63,949 nucleotides of DNA, filler included, from Octopus bimaculoides (GCF_001194135.2; 5 parts of 5 records of this genome joined end to end with filler, not necessarily neighbours in it); one strand, 5' to 3'. Numbered from the whole stretch's first letter, positions 26,934-41,533 are shown. The notes: a model not told the origin generated them from the sequence alone. Program-made: numbers and translations.

Positions 26934-27579
26934 TGCACTCGAAAATGCCCGCATACATTTATGCATGTATGTGTATATGTCTATCTTATACATATATACA
27001 CACGCGCGCACACACACACATACACGCACATGAATACATACCCAAATGGTGGGTGCACGCTATCGTCATACTGCATACGTGCACAAATACATACATACGC
27101 CATACTTACACACTCACGCACATACACACATATAAACATACAGGCTCATATAGATATACTGATACCATAGTTACTACTACCCGCCAGGAACAAACGAAGG
27201 AACTGTCTAAATAAGCAGTCTGCTAGAAATAGCAACCAAATCTCCCTCTAATCATACACCTTGTCTTAAATAAGGACTGGCACATGAAACAGCGCAACTG
27301 AGAAAAATGGGGTTAGCTGGGCATGGATTGAACATCTTTGATAATAAGGAATACTTTAATTCTACGGATACACAACGAGAACGGTAACAGCCGTGATGAC
27401 TACGGCATCGACAGCAAGAGCTAAACGTCCGCTAAAACCACCGGCAGTACCGATGGCACAAGCCATACTACACATGCATCATACAGTACGCCAAGAGTAA
27501 CACTGTCAAAAGCACCAATGAAACTACAGGCTGGGCTATAATCACGCACCCAAACATTTGGCATTTTATATTACATTGA

Positions 27580-27800
27580 GGCGGTGAGCTGGCAGAATCG
27601 CTAGCACCCCAGGCAAAATGCTTAGCGGTATTTCGTCCGTCTATACATTCTGAGTTCAAATTACGTCGATGACGGCGATCTTGTCTTTGATATTTTCGGG
27701 TGTGATAAAAGAAGTACAAGTGGAACATTGAGATCGATGTAATCGACTTACCCCTTCCACCGAAATTACTGTCCGTGTCTTAAAATTGGAACTCCTTATC
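27580..27800 (+). mobile_element. SINE family A with intact 5' end
   Basis: ggcggtgagctggcagaatcgctagc (A box), gagttcaaatt (B box), and the shared body. Confidence 0.9.
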
Positions 27801-27803
27801 ATA

Positions 27804-28162
27804 ATTACCTCCGCCTTTGCGAAGGCAGAGGTATTGTTTTCAATCATATTTGTTTGTGTGTTTGTTTGTTTGTCGGTGGATAAGATATCTCAAGAACCAC
27901 TGGATGGATTCGAAAGAAACTTTCATGGATGTTTGGCCTCGTGATAGGCACGAACCGATTAGATTTTGAGATCGATCTAGTACCGGACAAGGATTCTGGA
28001 TTATTTTTCCTGTTTCTTCACTGAAATTTTGAGATCGGTCGGGTTCATTTTTAGTATTCTCGTTTGTGAGAGCAGTCGAGTTTATTTCAGATATTCTCAC
28101 TTTAAAAATAATCTCTGGCTAATCGTTGAGAGGGCCCTGGTGTTGCCTTGGTGGAGGTTTGC
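27804..28162 (+). mobile_element. Non-autonomous Helentron-type element (HINE/DINE-1-like)
   Basis: 5' hairpin tacctccgcctttgcgaaggcagaggta (27806-27833), a (GTTT)n tract, gatatctcaagaaccactggatggatt, and 3' subterminal inverted repeat gccttggtggaggt (28145-28158). Confidence 0.7.
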
Positions 28163-28278
<116 letters not shown>

Positions 28279-28338
28279 TTATTATTGTTGTTGTTGTTAT
28301 TATTATCATTATCATCATCATTATTATTATTATTATTT

Positions 28339-29098
28339 TATGTTTGACTTTTGTTTTGCATTTGTACAAGTTGGATCCAAGTCTCACCCNNNNNNNNNNN
28401 NNNNNNNNNNNNNNNNNNNNNNNNNNNNNNNNNNNNNNNNNNNNNNNNNNNNNNNNNNNNNNNNNNNNNNNNNNNNNNNNNNNNNNNNNNNNNNNNNNNN
28501 NNNNNNNNNNNNNNNNNNNNNNNNNNNNNNNNNNNNNNNNNNNNNNNNNNNNNNNNNNNNNNNNNNNNNNNNNNNNNNNNNNNNNNNNNNNNNNNNNNNN
28601 NNNNNNNNNNNNNNNNNNNNNNNNNNNNNNNNNNNNNNNNNNNNNNNNNNNNNNNNNNNNNNNNNNNNNNNNNNNNNNNNNNNNNNNNNNNNNNNNNNNN
28701 NNNNNNNNNNNNNNNNNNNNNNNNNNNNNNNNNNNNNNNNNNNNNNNNNNNNNNNNNNNNNNNNNNNNNNNNNNNNNNNNNNNNNNNNNNNNNNNNNNNN
28801 NNNNNNNNNNNNNNNNNNNNNNNNNNNNNNNNNNNNNNNNNNNNNNNNNNNNNNNNNNNNNNNNNNNNNNNNNNNNNNNNNNNNNNNNNNNNNNNNNNNN
28901 NNNNNNNNNNNNNNNNNNNNNNNNNNNNNNNNNNNNNNNNNNNNNNNNNNNNNNNNNNNNNNNNNNNNNNNNNNNNNNNNNNNNNNNNNNNACCAGTTTT
29001 TATATTATGGGGCAAGTCCAGGTTTTTGCAAATTACCCAGTGAATATATTGTGCAGCTCTATCATGCCTGTTGAGATACTCTGTAGGCGCAAGCAAAC
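28339..29098 (-). mobile_element. R4/Dong-clade non-LTR retrotransposon, 5'-truncated copy 2 (middle in gap)
   Basis: LAPTEYLNRHDRAAQYIHWVICKNL (region after the zinc knuckle) directly follows a TAA array. The likely 3'UTR ...gtgagacttggatccaacttgtacaaatgc... is followed by (AAT)n. Confidence 0.8.
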
Positions 29099-29175
<77 letters not shown>

Positions 29176-29176
<1 letters not shown>

Positions 29177-29478
29177 CATCTAGCAGATTAGACTGTTTGA
29201 AAAACACTCCTGCCATCTGGTTACAAGTAACCTTAGATACCAAGCACCCTCCTAAGTATCCTGATATTACTCTTTTTCTGGAGCTGCATTAAACTAGGTT
29301 TTGTGCCTATTTCCTCTATCAAATCTTTAGGAATAGTTCCTAATGCATCGATAACTACAGGGATACATTTTACCTGCACTTTCCATAGCTTCTGTAACTT
29401 AATGGCTAGGTCCTGGTATTTTGTTATTTTATTTGCATTTTGGATTGTAAAAGTCAATTACCCAGCACTTTCTATTCT

Positions 29479-29518
<40 letters not shown>

Positions 29519-30010
29519 TACCAAATCAGGCCTTCTAGCTTCTATTACTCTGTCAGTATGAATCTTAAAATCCCACAACATGTTATATTTTCTACTTTCT
29601 TGGTTTACGTTCATACCACTTGTCAGTATGGTCAATCCAAACGTTTACGTAACTCCAGGTGGGTTATTCTCCTTATATTCTCATGTATATTCTTTGTATT
29701 CTTTCTGTGCCAGCATGTTACAATCACTTCTTGAATGAGTAACAGTTTCATCTCTCGATCTGCATAACCTACACTGGGAACCTAACTGGATTTTGTTTAC
29801 CTTCGCTTTTATCTATTTAGTCCTCAATTCTTGATCTTGTGCTGCTACTAGCAAACTTCTGTCTCCCTTTACAGCCTTCCTTTCTGCAACCATAACCCTG
29901 TCTCTCTTTTATTATTTTCTGCAACTATTTTTGGGAATCTATCATGCAAAGCCTTTTCTTACCAGTCAGATAAGTTTTCTTTTTTTTCTGATTTTGAACT
30001 TCATTTGGCT
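29176..30010 (-). mobile_element. R4/Dong-clade non-LTR retrotransposon, 5'-truncated copy 1
   Basis: Frameshifted W.EKALHDRF...AAQDQELRT...CRLCRSRDETVTH...C (CCHC), LWDFKIHTDRVIEARRPDLVV...IDF and KYQDL...IPVVIDALG (restriction-like endonuclease). Stop at 29233, a short 3'UTR, then (AAT)n at 29101-29175. Confidence 0.9.
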
Positions 30011-30039
30011 ATTATGATCATTGTCATAGCAATATATCG

Positions 30040-30294
<255 letters not shown>

Positions 30295-30332
30295 CCATCA
30301 CCATCACCATCACCATCATCATCATCATCGTC

Positions 30333-30432
30333 NNNNNNNNNNNNNNNNNNNNNNNNNNNNNNNNNNNNNNNNNNNNTTAATTAATTAANNNNNNNNNNNN
30401 NNNNNNNNNNNNNNNNNNNNNNNNNNNNNNNN
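30333..30432. other. Assembly gap spacer (44N-TTAATTAATTAA-44N)
   Basis: Identical 100 bp structure at four positions. Confidence 0.95.
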
Positions 30433-30494
<62 letters not shown>

Positions 30495-30498
<4 letters not shown>

Positions 30499-30808
30499 GT
30501 GGCACCTCAAGGCGACTACCGTACCAGTGATTGTAGGATCTCTAGGAATGATAAAAAAAGGTACTGAAAGCTATTTGAAAATGATACCAGGCTTACCATC
30601 CCTACAGGAAGTGCAAAAAATCGTGTTAACTGGAACGACTCATGTACTGAGAAGAGCATTATCGCTGTGAAAACAACATCCATTCATGAATTTTTTTTTA
30701 AATACATATTTTACCCGTGAATTTGCGTGTGTAAACTGGGAATGCATACAATGAGTTTCTCTGCCCAAGGTGTACGGAAAACACTCGGCGAGAAATGGAA
30801 GAAAATTT
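30495..30808 (+). mobile_element. R4/Dong-clade retrotransposon 3' end, copy 3
   Basis: Directly after (AAT)n: MWHLKATTVPVIVGSLGMIKKGTESYLKMIPGLPSLQEVQKIVLTGTTHVLRRALSL* (30497-30670, below the ORF-track cutoff), then a 3'UTR and a GAA/AAT tail. Confidence 0.85.
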
Positions 30809-30861
30809 GAAGAAAGAAGAAGAAAAAACAACATAATAAAAACAACAATGATAATAATCCC

Positions 30862-31790
30862 TTTTTTTATTTACCACAAAATGGCTTACATTAAGAAAAC
30901 GTTATTGACAGTACAGAACAAAATAAAAAATGTGTGTATGTATGTGAGAGTTTTGCGTGTAAACAGGTTTAACATAATGAAAAATAACATTTTAACAGCG
31001 TTTAACGCTCAATAGGAAGGAGTTGTTCGAGGGCTGCTCATGGAAAACCCCATAAAACCATGGGCGCCCTGACTTCTGGGGCAGGTGCCTTTTCTCATTT
31101 CCTTTTCTCAGATTACAAGCGTTTGCTCAGAGTAGGCATCCACCTTTCATCAAAATGGCTAGAGTGCAACACTTCCCACTCTACCCTTATTTCCTCTTCA
31201 AGTTTGAAGAATTTGAAGAATTTGATCAAGGATTGGCCAAAGGGAAAAGTGTTCGTCTTCAGCCCCTTTAATCTCGTCCACCATACAACCCTTTCACCAT
31301 GACCACCAGGCATATAAAGACAACCTGCTGTTCCAGGTTAAGAGAAACAGCGGAGCGATCTTCACAATAGGTTCAGTTGACAGTCGGAAACGTCCCACAT
31401 GCGACAGCAGGCGTTCGACAAAGACTCACAGGTCAGCAATACTCGGGCACTGGATGAGTGCATGTATGACAGTTTCATCGCCCTGCATGTATACGGGCAT
31501 GTTCCACTGACGGCACTTCCGTACCTGTATAGTTTATCTCAAACAAGCAAAGCTCCACGGTAGCAACAGCAGGCCAGAGATTTTTGGAAGTTATCCATTG
31601 ATTTTAGGTCGAAGGTTCTGTGGAAGAAAGCTGCTAGCTGATCTTCGAATCTTCGATACACAACGAACGTCGTCACACTCCGCTAATCATTTATAGAAAG
31701 TTGGTGGACGTTCCACCTATCGCAGTCACCGACTAGCTGAAGGCTGTAAGCGCATGAAAACATTGCACTTTCCAATTGCATTCTCGCTGT
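30862..31790 (-). mobile_element. Tx1-clade LINE 3' fragment
   Basis: MDNFQKSLA...RGAL...DETVIHALIQCP...VFVERLL...RVVWWTRLKG, homologous to 53960-54400. The 3'UTR ends agccattttgtggtaaataaaaaa. Confidence 0.85.
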
Positions 31791-31849
31791 CTCTGTTTGA
31801 CTCTGCTTCGTTAACGAGACTAACTGGAAAAATATATGTCTAGAGAATG

Positions 31850-32195
31850 GTGACTACAGCTGTTCACCGTCAAGGAAGCACTGGTACTTGTTTAATCGAA
31901 TCCGTAATGATGAATGGCAAAGTCGACCACGTCGGAATTTCAACTCAGTACGTAAAGACGGACGAAACGCCACTAAGCATTTTGCCTGGCGTGGTAAGGA
32001 TTCTTCCAGTTCACCGTCTCCACTACCAAATAATAATGATAATAATTCTTTAAAATTTTATTCACTCGGAAAGAATGAAAAGCAAAGTTTACCACGGCAT
32101 AATTCAAAGTCAGAACATAAAGAGTCGGAGGAAATGTCGCTAAGCATTCCATCCGATGCGTTGGTGAATCTGTCAGATTGCCATCACTGCCTTAA
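31850..32195 (-). mobile_element. Two adjacent SINE family A copies (second degenerate)
   Basis: Reverse-complement heads end near 32025 and 32195; both carry the ...ctaagcatt... core. Confidence 0.7.
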
Positions 32196-32630
32196 TAATG
32201 GTAATAACAGTAACCTCTTCTATGCTGCACTAAGCCACAAATCGACTTTTGCTTCACAATTAACCCCATCGTGTCTCAAAGGCTTTGAAAAAAGAGCATG
32301 ATCTCTTCCCTCCTTTGTTGGATATTTAATACAGAAAGAACACTATGCAATAGAAATAGAGACCCAAACAGAAACTGTAGAATAGCAAACATACCCAACT
32401 AAGAAGCGTGCGTCTGCGTAACAATTTTTTCAAAATACTGCCCAAAGCAATGGCAGTATCCATTGAGCTGTATTTAACACTTGGCATTGTTCACTTTTAT
32501 GTTTTTCTTGTTTTAGTCATCAGACTGCGGCCATGCAGTCTGAAATAGTTCCGAGGGATGATGATTAATTTGCTGTTAATAATAAGCAATTATTAACTTT
32601 TCTTTTTCTTCTTTTATATTCTTTTATATA

Positions 32631-32661
<31 letters not shown>

Positions 32662-33365
32662 GTGTGTATGTGTATATATATATATATATTATTTTGCTTA
32701 AAAGAGTTCCAATACTGTCTGTTTTTTATGTTTTATTTATATTCCTGCAGAACTAATGTGGGGTATAGAATATGGAATATACAATATATAATATAATATA
32801 CAATATATAATATAAAATAAAATAAAAATGGATGGCACCATGAAATAAAGTATTGAATGTAGATGAAATATTGAGTGTTCAATATAAAGGATCAAATATA
32901 TAAATATATAAATATAAATATATATATATAAAGGCGACTCGNNNNNNNNNNNNNNNNNNNNNNNNNNNNNNNNNNNNNNNNNNNNNNNNNNNNNNNNNNN
33001 NNNNNNNNNNNNNNNNNNNNNNNNNNNNNNNNNNNNNNNNNNNNNNNNNNNNNNNNNNNNNNNNNNNNNNNNNNNNNNNNNNNNNNNNNNNNNNNNNNNN
33101 NNNNNNNNNNNNNNNNNNNNNNNNNNNNNNNNNNNNNNNNNNNNNNNNNNNNNNNNNNNNNNNNNNNNNNNNNNNNNNNNNNNNNNNNNNNNNNNNNNNN
33201 NNNNNNNNNNNNNNNNNNNNNNNNNNNNNNNNNNNNNNNNNNNNNNNNNNNNNNNNNNNNNNNNNNNNNNNNNNNNNNNNNNNNNNNNNNNNNNNNNNNN
33301 NNNNNNNNNNNNNNNNNNNNNNNNNNNNNNNNNNNNNNNNNNNNNNNNNNNNNTATATATATATA

Positions 33366-33532
33366 TACACGACTGGCTTTTTAGCAGTTTCCGTCTCCAA
33401 AATACACTCACAAGGCTTTGATCGACCCGAGTCTATAGCAGAAGATAGTTGCCCAAATTGCCACGCAGTTGGATTGGGTTGAACCCGGAACCATGCGGTG
33501 GGGAAGTAAGATTCTTACTACACAGCCACACC
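33366..33532 (-). mobile_element. SINE family C head
   Basis: Reverse complement of gtggctgtgtagtaagaatc...catggttccgggttcaacc...gggcaactatc...caaagccttgtgagtg. Confidence 0.8.
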
Positions 33533-34084
33533 TTACATTTAGTAGTAAATAAACACGAAATTTCGACGGAAGGTTTTACTCTATATCATTTTAAACAGGT
33601 AACTTGTAGAATAGAATCAGGGGAAGTCCTAGGCGGTATGGTGTCAAAATGGTTAAAATATAATTGATCAGTTATACACAGTCCTAATAAATTTATAGCT
33701 TTCTGAGAATTAATGTATTTTTATAGCAACAAGAAAGACAGTCTAAGTGGTCGAATTTGTCAGATTGGTCTCCCGAAATTCGGAGTTGAAATTTCGCCGA
33801 AAAAGGCCTGTTAGTTTTCTACACCGAAAAGATCAATTCCTTCTGATATTTAAGCAATTACAAAAATCATAAACATTATAGAAGTTGTGGTCTACGTATT
33901 TTGCAGGGAAATGGCTTGCCATGGGGATTTTGTTTTTATAATTGTAATACATGAAGTCAGACAAACAGAAGTGTGGTAATATATAAAAGTTGATCTAAAT
34001 AAACACAAATATACGTAAATACACACACGCACGCACACGAACACGCACCCACATATATACACATCATACACACACAAACACTTG

Positions 34085-34117
<33 letters not shown>

Positions 34118-35636
34118 CTATAGACCGATATGCATTCAAAGACATCTTAGACATATAGACATAGTAAACGTTTGACTTACCTATTGGAAATCCAGATACA
34201 GTTTCAAGTAACCAGTAGATGTGTTTCCCAAGACATGAGAAAATAAAAAAAGTATATAGCCAGTCCATTGTATGTGTACTATTAAGTAATAAATAATGTT
34301 AATTTCTTTTACGAAAGCAACTATAGACCTATGAAAATTCATTATACATATATATGTACAAACATACAAATATATGCATGTATGTTTATATTTGTCAGTT
34401 AGTGAAGTTATTGTAATGTATTGTAAATATTCTTACAGTCTTACATTATTTGAATATGCATCGAAAGCGAAAATATAATCCCGTTCCTCAAACGATTAAT
34501 GAGCGAAACTTAGATAACAATATGTTCTCATTTCAGTTTCTCGCTTAAATGTAGGCTCAACACTGTATGAAATATTTCATCAACTTCCATCACAGTTCCA
34601 CCTTTATATGCTCCTTCAATTTATATTGCAGGAATTCACAAAAGCAACCGCTTTTATACATACTTTTAAATATGTTTCTACCCGGTCTGACTACTTTTTA
34701 CTAGTATCATCGTTATTATTAATATTGTTATTATTATTAGTAGTAGTATAATGTATATGTGATAATACATTGTCTAAGCATGCCTTGTGGTGTTAGTTTT
34801 CATCGCTGCTGTCTGCAATACCGGTTGTAATATGATGCGCACGTTTTTCATAAAATTCTGTATGCATATGAGATTGTGTTTAGTAGGCAATCAAGAAGAA
34901 CTGACAGATGGCTGAAAGAAAGATGTGAAGAAATAAAAGGAAGTAATAACGAAAGAAGACAAGAAAACCGGTGAATAAAAGAGGAGGCCATAATTATTAA
35001 AAGGATGGGCTATTATTTACTTAATATTGCATTTAGTGAATAATAGCGTCGTTCGCTTATAAGTTTCACATAAATCAATTGCTGATTTAATAAATATATA
35101 TACTATAAGGAAAATAGCGAGATTGCGTCTGTTCAAGTCAGGTGAAAGAAATATCACACTATATTTTTTTGTTCAGACGCATCAGATTGTCCGTTAGTTT
35201 TCTCGATAGGAAATACATACACATGCATGTATATATATATATATATATATATATNNNNNNNNNNNNNNNNNNNNNNNNNNNNNNNNNNNNNNNNNNNNNN
35301 NNNNNNNNNNNNNNNNNNNNNNNNNNNNNNNNNNNNNNNNNNNNNNNNNNNNNNNNNNNNNNNNNNNNNNNNNNNNNNNNNNNNNNNNNNNNNNNNNNNN
35401 NNNNNNNNNNNNNNNNNNNNNNNNNNNNNNNNNNNNNNNNNNNNNNNNNNNNNNNNNNNNNNNNNNNNNNNNNNNNNNNNNNNNNNNNNNNNNNNNNNNN
35501 NNNNNNNNNNNNNNNNNNNNNNNNNNNNNNNNNNNNNNNNNNNNNNNNNNNNNNNNNNNNNNNNNNNNNNNNNNNNNNNNNNNNNNNNNNNNNNNNNNNN
35601 NNNNNNNNNNNNNNNNNNNNNNNNNNNNNNNNNNNN

Positions 35637-35674
<38 letters not shown>

Positions 35675-36986
35675 GTGCGTGTATAGCTGCTGTTCTTATA
35701 AGGTACATAAATACATAAATGGAGAAACTATCTAAAAGGGATGAAAGAAAAAGAGACAGGAAATGAATACGATCAGTAAAGAATGAAATGGAAAGTAAGA
35801 AATATAATGACAATTCGCTGTAACAAAGACAGCGAAGACAAAAATAAAGAATATATTATTCCATACATTATTCTAATCACTATTTTCAAAATTGTATTGT
35901 TTGTTGTTCAGAAAGTCTATTCATCATCGTTGTCATCGTGTCATCGTTGTTATCGTCGTCACCGTCGTCATCATCGTATTCGCGAACGTTGTCAAGTTGT
36001 TGTTTTATCATCAGTATTATTATAGATGCAATATTGAATTCAAAATATCGTAAGCGATAGCTTGCATTATTTATTAGATATTTACATCTAGCCGTTCAAT
36101 AGGTCGCTACAATCTCACAAATTATACAATTTTGTACTTTGAACGTGGACATATGGGATTTTCACTTAGGTTTCTGAATCAACAAACTCTAAACTAAATC
36201 ATTTATTCAGGCAGTGGCAAGAAGAGAAAACACATTTAGTCATTTATTTTAGAAATTATATGCATATACACGTTGGGAAAGCATATATTTGTAACATAAA
36301 GCTGACGAAATTTTACAATGTCTCGACGTTTCTTACGAATCGAGAAATTATTCACGTACATTAGTTTTTAGATAATGAATAATAAATAGACTAATTTTAA
36401 TGATTTGAGAAATCTATGTGATCCAAGTAAATTTTATAAATAAATTTATATGGAGACTGATATATAAAATATTGTGTACGCTTTCAAAATATTTAGATAT
36501 CCGAGTCAATATAGATTTATATTTACAAATTAAAGAAATGACGGTTTGTGTCTTCCTGACGACACTGCTCTGTAGATTGCAACCCAGTTTAACATCTGTA
36601 AATCGGAAGCGTGTAGTGCCATCTACTGAATATAATGAGGGGAAACTCAGTATTTAATGAAGTTTATAGTAAGTTATAGCTGTGCAAGTACGGATGGTTA
36701 GCATTTAATAGTAATTTATTCTGATTTAGCAATCTGCTTGAAGAGCAGAAGCTAGAGATGAACATGCAACAAGTTGGGTTTAATTATGACTGTTACTCAA
36801 GAAGTAGTGAGGAGAAAGATATCACGAATTTAGTAAAGACTTCAGTGAGGAGAGTTAGGCCGATGAGAAATTGTATTCATTAAGTTCATCAAGAATAATA
36901 ACTTGAGAGAGAGAGTAGGAGAGAGTAGTGAGAGAGGTGAGACAGGGGGAGAAGATATATATATATATATATATATATTATGTATG

Positions 36987-37099
<113 letters not shown>

Positions 37100-37484
37100 G
37101 GTGGTTCTTGTTTGGTGGTAGATAGTATTTTGTGTATGTAGCCATTATACTTAATGACTAACTGGTCATCCAATTCAATTATAAAAGATATTGCAAGCAA
37201 CAGTACTGTTGCTGTAAAAATGACGGATATTTTACTTGAAACACGATCAGTGGTGTACGCTGATTTGATGAAGATACTCTGCATAAATATAAATTCATCG
37301 ATTTTGTCACTCTGATCTAATATGTATTCTAACAATCATGTTAGATAATTTAATCAATCATTCTACTATTTCCTCCATTTCCACTGCTTTTGACATACTA
37401 TTTCTAAAATGCATAGGACTATAAATCTTATAGAGGAGTAAACGAAATGTTTGTTCCCTTAGCATTTGACTGTTTGTTATTTCA

Positions 37485-37620
37485 TATGAACGAAGGATAA
37501 AAGTGACAGTTGACTTCGGTGGGGTTTGAGATCAGAACGTAAAATGACGTAGCTAAATATCCCTAAACATTTCGTTGTCCACTTCTCCGCAGATTTGCCA
37601 CACACCATCGTTAAATTCAA
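37485..37620 (-). mobile_element. Degenerate SINE family A
   Basis: gttgacttcggtggggtttgagatcagaacgtaaa...aatatccctaaacatttc resembles the reverse complement of the family A head. Confidence 0.5.
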
Positions 37621-40186
37621 CATAATATCGATTATTATCAAGAACGTCTGAAGGTTATCATACATATTTCGTTATTTTTATGACGTACGAGTCATATGAT
37701 ATTATAGAATATAAGCCAGATGTCTATTGAGCGATTTGAGCTGAACTAAAACTTAAGTCAAAGACATGGATGATACGATAATCTTATGTCTTTATTTTCC
37801 TATACTAATTTAGGTTCTTGACGGTCATATCACAAATGCCTCTCTAAAATATTAATCCTAGTTTTTTTCCAAAATTGCCTACTTTGTAAATATATTTGAT
37901 TCTCTTTCGAACATCAGTACAGTTACTGACAGAACAATTTTGGTTTTCTCCTTTTTAAATTCTTGTAGTTTTTTTTTTGTATTTACTCTTGCACTTTTGT
38001 TGTGGTTGTTTTTGTGATTTTTCTTTTTATTGTTGTGTTCTGATTTTGGTCGTGGGTGCGTTAGTGATAAGCAGAAAGTCAATGAACTTTGTGTTGCCAC
38101 ATCGTACCTTCCGGCTTTTAGATTATTAGGAACCTATTTGGGTGCTATCTTCCTTTGTAACATTGAAATGAACGTATTTTAGAGCTATTTGGACTGAAAT
38201 TTTTTCCAGTTTTTCTTGATGCACTTAAATTAGGATAGGAATTTCACTCCAATTTCGTACCGATTTTCCTAACCATGTTTGTTTACTTTCGTACTTGACT
38301 TATTCTCTTGTGTCCTTTGTATTTTAGAAAATTTGGTGTGCTTTATTCCTTGAACTATGCAATTGCATATAAACTTCACATTTGCTCACGTAACACACCA
38401 GTCTCACTTCCACTTGCAGCGCACCGTTTACGCAATCCTTCCTTTCAAGAATGCGATCATTACTGAATTCTCTTCTGGCCCACGATTTCTGACTAGCAAA
38501 TATTCAAGCTCAGGAATTAGTCTTGAAATATAAAAAAAGATTATAAGCACTGCTTCTGCATCCTTACTAGACCATAAAACGCAAAACTGATCCATCACTA
38601 ATCACGAAATTTACTTATACTTAGTTAACATTTGTATAGAAAATTATCCGTTAACATTTAGCATATTTAAAAGGCTTTTAGTCTCTTTTCTGCAATGAAG
38701 AAATAGATAAATAAAAATATAATATATATAAATTTCACAAAACCGAATTACAAAACAGAAAACTTATCTATCAGAAGCAGCCAAAGCAACAGATGTAGAC
38801 AGAAGACTGGGTATAAACGAGAAACGGCGAAAATAATCAATAACTTAATTTCTTAAATTTATACGTGACACGTATCTCATTGAGGTGGATATAGGGTCAA
38901 CAGCTGGCATTATCCTGGATTGGTATCTTAATGCGGTTGTCTCATCCACATATAGAATCTGAACTATTTGTATGATAATGAATACCACATAATACTGATA
39001 AAGAAATGTTTGAGCTTAAATCATTGTGACGAAGATCAATTTGTGACAAAATGGTAAGGGATTAATTATGCATACATGCGGGGAATATGTCAAATGATAA
39101 ACATAAATAAGGTGGAGCATAAATGTCATTGGACATAAATTATCTTACGTTCCATTTTTTTTTAATAATCACAATTGAAAAACAAAAACTACATTGCAAC
39201 TATGTCACACTCAGCATTTGTCTCTCTTCCCGTCTGCCAGAATGTTTGTCTGTCTGTCTGTCTGTCTGCCTCTCTCTCTCTCTGAATATATATATATATA
39301 TCAATCTTATATGTAAGTATACGTTTTTCTAAATCTTGTATGACTCTATATCTGTCTATCAGCCCCTTCACCCTTATTCGTTCATTCCACTGTTCGTTCT
39401 TTCATTCCCCCTCACTCACATTTTCTTGCATTCTCTTCTCCCTCCACTTTTCACTTCACTGTGTCCCTGTCATTTTTTCTCGCCCCTCCCTAATTCTTTT
39501 GTCCCTCTGCCTCTACCTCTCTCTCTTCTCTTCCCACGTGACCGATGTTCGGCCTAGCCTGACCTTTCTTTTGTGGGGTGGCCGTTGAGCGTGCGACATC
39601 GTTATTTCTCCCTGCGCCTGTGAAATCTTGTATCCCGGCTGTAAGGCCTTATTTCCATTTACGCCAGCTAAATTTTATTCGTCCTTAGTCGAAAGACATC
39701 TGTTGTTATGTCACGTTATTATTCCTACTTTATTTGTGTAACATTGTTCTTTTTTTCTGTCCTTGTTTTTGTATACATTCGCTGCTTTCTTCCAATGAAT
39801 TTAATGCTCTTAGCTAAGTTTTTCCTTGGGGCTGGCCAGATTGGAGCAATATCGAGAATAACCAGGTGGAATTGCAAGGATAATCTGGGTCTCGACTGTA
39901 GAGAGATAACTCCGAATGATATGTCTGTGTTTTCTTGTATCGTCTATCTGTATGTTTTGTCCCTTTCTTATATCAACTAACGGTCTGGATGTTTTGAGTT
40001 CTTGTCCCATTCTGTATTATATATATATATATATATATTTGTACATTATTGACAAATATGTTCATATGTATAAGTTTCTGAAGCAGAAATTGTCTCACAC
40101 GTCGAGTTTCGCGTCACTTAAACATGTATTGAGATTGGTTACTCACCTCTAATTCGTTCAACATAAAACATATGTGCGTATGTATG

Positions 40187-40251
<65 letters not shown>

Positions 40252-41196
40252 ATATGTGTGTGTGTGTGTGCATTCGTAAATAATGTTGTTTTAGAGTCAA
40301 ATTTTGGCTGCTATTTCTAGTATGGTGGTATCTCTTATATACTCATAATTATAATTTTAATAATAATTATTACCTACTCGGAATAACTCGAAGTGGCTAG
40401 TAACATATATTTGAATAACAATTGTGGAAAATTGAGTATTACTCCTTCTAAAGTGGAGCTGGTCATAAATTGCTGTTTGATAGTATGATACATTCTCTAG
40501 ATGCAGAGATAACACACAATACATGTCACACAAACACACACACCACATTAACGAAAATTCTAGAAGTTTATAAAATAAAAATCAACACGACAAATGATTT
40601 TCTACAATTGTTTGATTTAACGATTTTAGGACTTAGAAAAGAAATCTGTGAAATGTAATTAATAGATAAAGGCCACGTCATTATCTTAAAAATAAAAAAA
40701 AAACCAACAGAATAAATTATATAATATACATGGAAGACGATGTACATATAAAGAATATCTTTAAGCAGTTAAATCGATATATTGATGACTTAAAACAACA
40801 TACTTGTTATTTTAGAGTAGCATTAAAGAACATGTTTATTATAATGGCCACCTAATTTGCGGGTTTTGTTTGTTCAAATACAAAGCAAATATTTTCTAGT
40901 TATGACGATAGACTAGGAAGAATCTGTTTCCTCCATTAAGATTGAGATCCATCTCGCAGCTGGCATAATAATAGTTTTCTAAGAGATTATTAATGAAAAT
41001 AAACAAAGGAGCATATTTATAAAATAATACGGTCATTATGTTAGATGTATCGTGGCATGAACAGAGCAGTTTGGTCAACTATAAGTACCATGATATAGCT
41101 AGTTATAGCCTTTTTTTCTCAAATTAATCAATGAAATATATCTGAAAAAAATTTAGTTAACCTTATCATTATATCGATTTAAGACATACAACTTGC

Positions 41197-41235
<39 letters not shown>

Positions 41236-41324
41236 TGTATGTATGTATGTATGTATGTATGTATGTATGTATGTATGTATGTATGTATGTATGTCTATAT
41301 ATATATATATATATATAAATGTAT

Positions 41325-41530
41325 ACTCTTTTACTCTTTTACTTGTTTCAGTCTTTTGACTGTGGCCATGCTGGAGCACCGCCTTTTAGTCGAGCAAATC
41401 GACCCCAGGACTTATTCTTTAGAAGCCTAGTACTTATTCTATCGATCTCTTTTGCCGAACCGCTAAGTTACGGGGACATAAACACACCAGTATCGGTTGT
41501 CAAGCGATGTTGGGGGGACAAACACACACA
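41325..41530 (-). mobile_element. SINE family C 3' half, young copy
   Basis: Close reverse complement of 4125-4314, with a tandem taaaagag tail. Confidence 0.9.
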
Positions 41531-41533
41531 TAC

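Noticed and set aside
39890-39935. Hammerhead-like CTGTAGA-GAG-ATAA-CTC-CGAAT
   Set aside because: Core positions are mutated and neither stem I nor stem III pairs. The surrounding 39540-40010 looks like a repeat that I could not classify.
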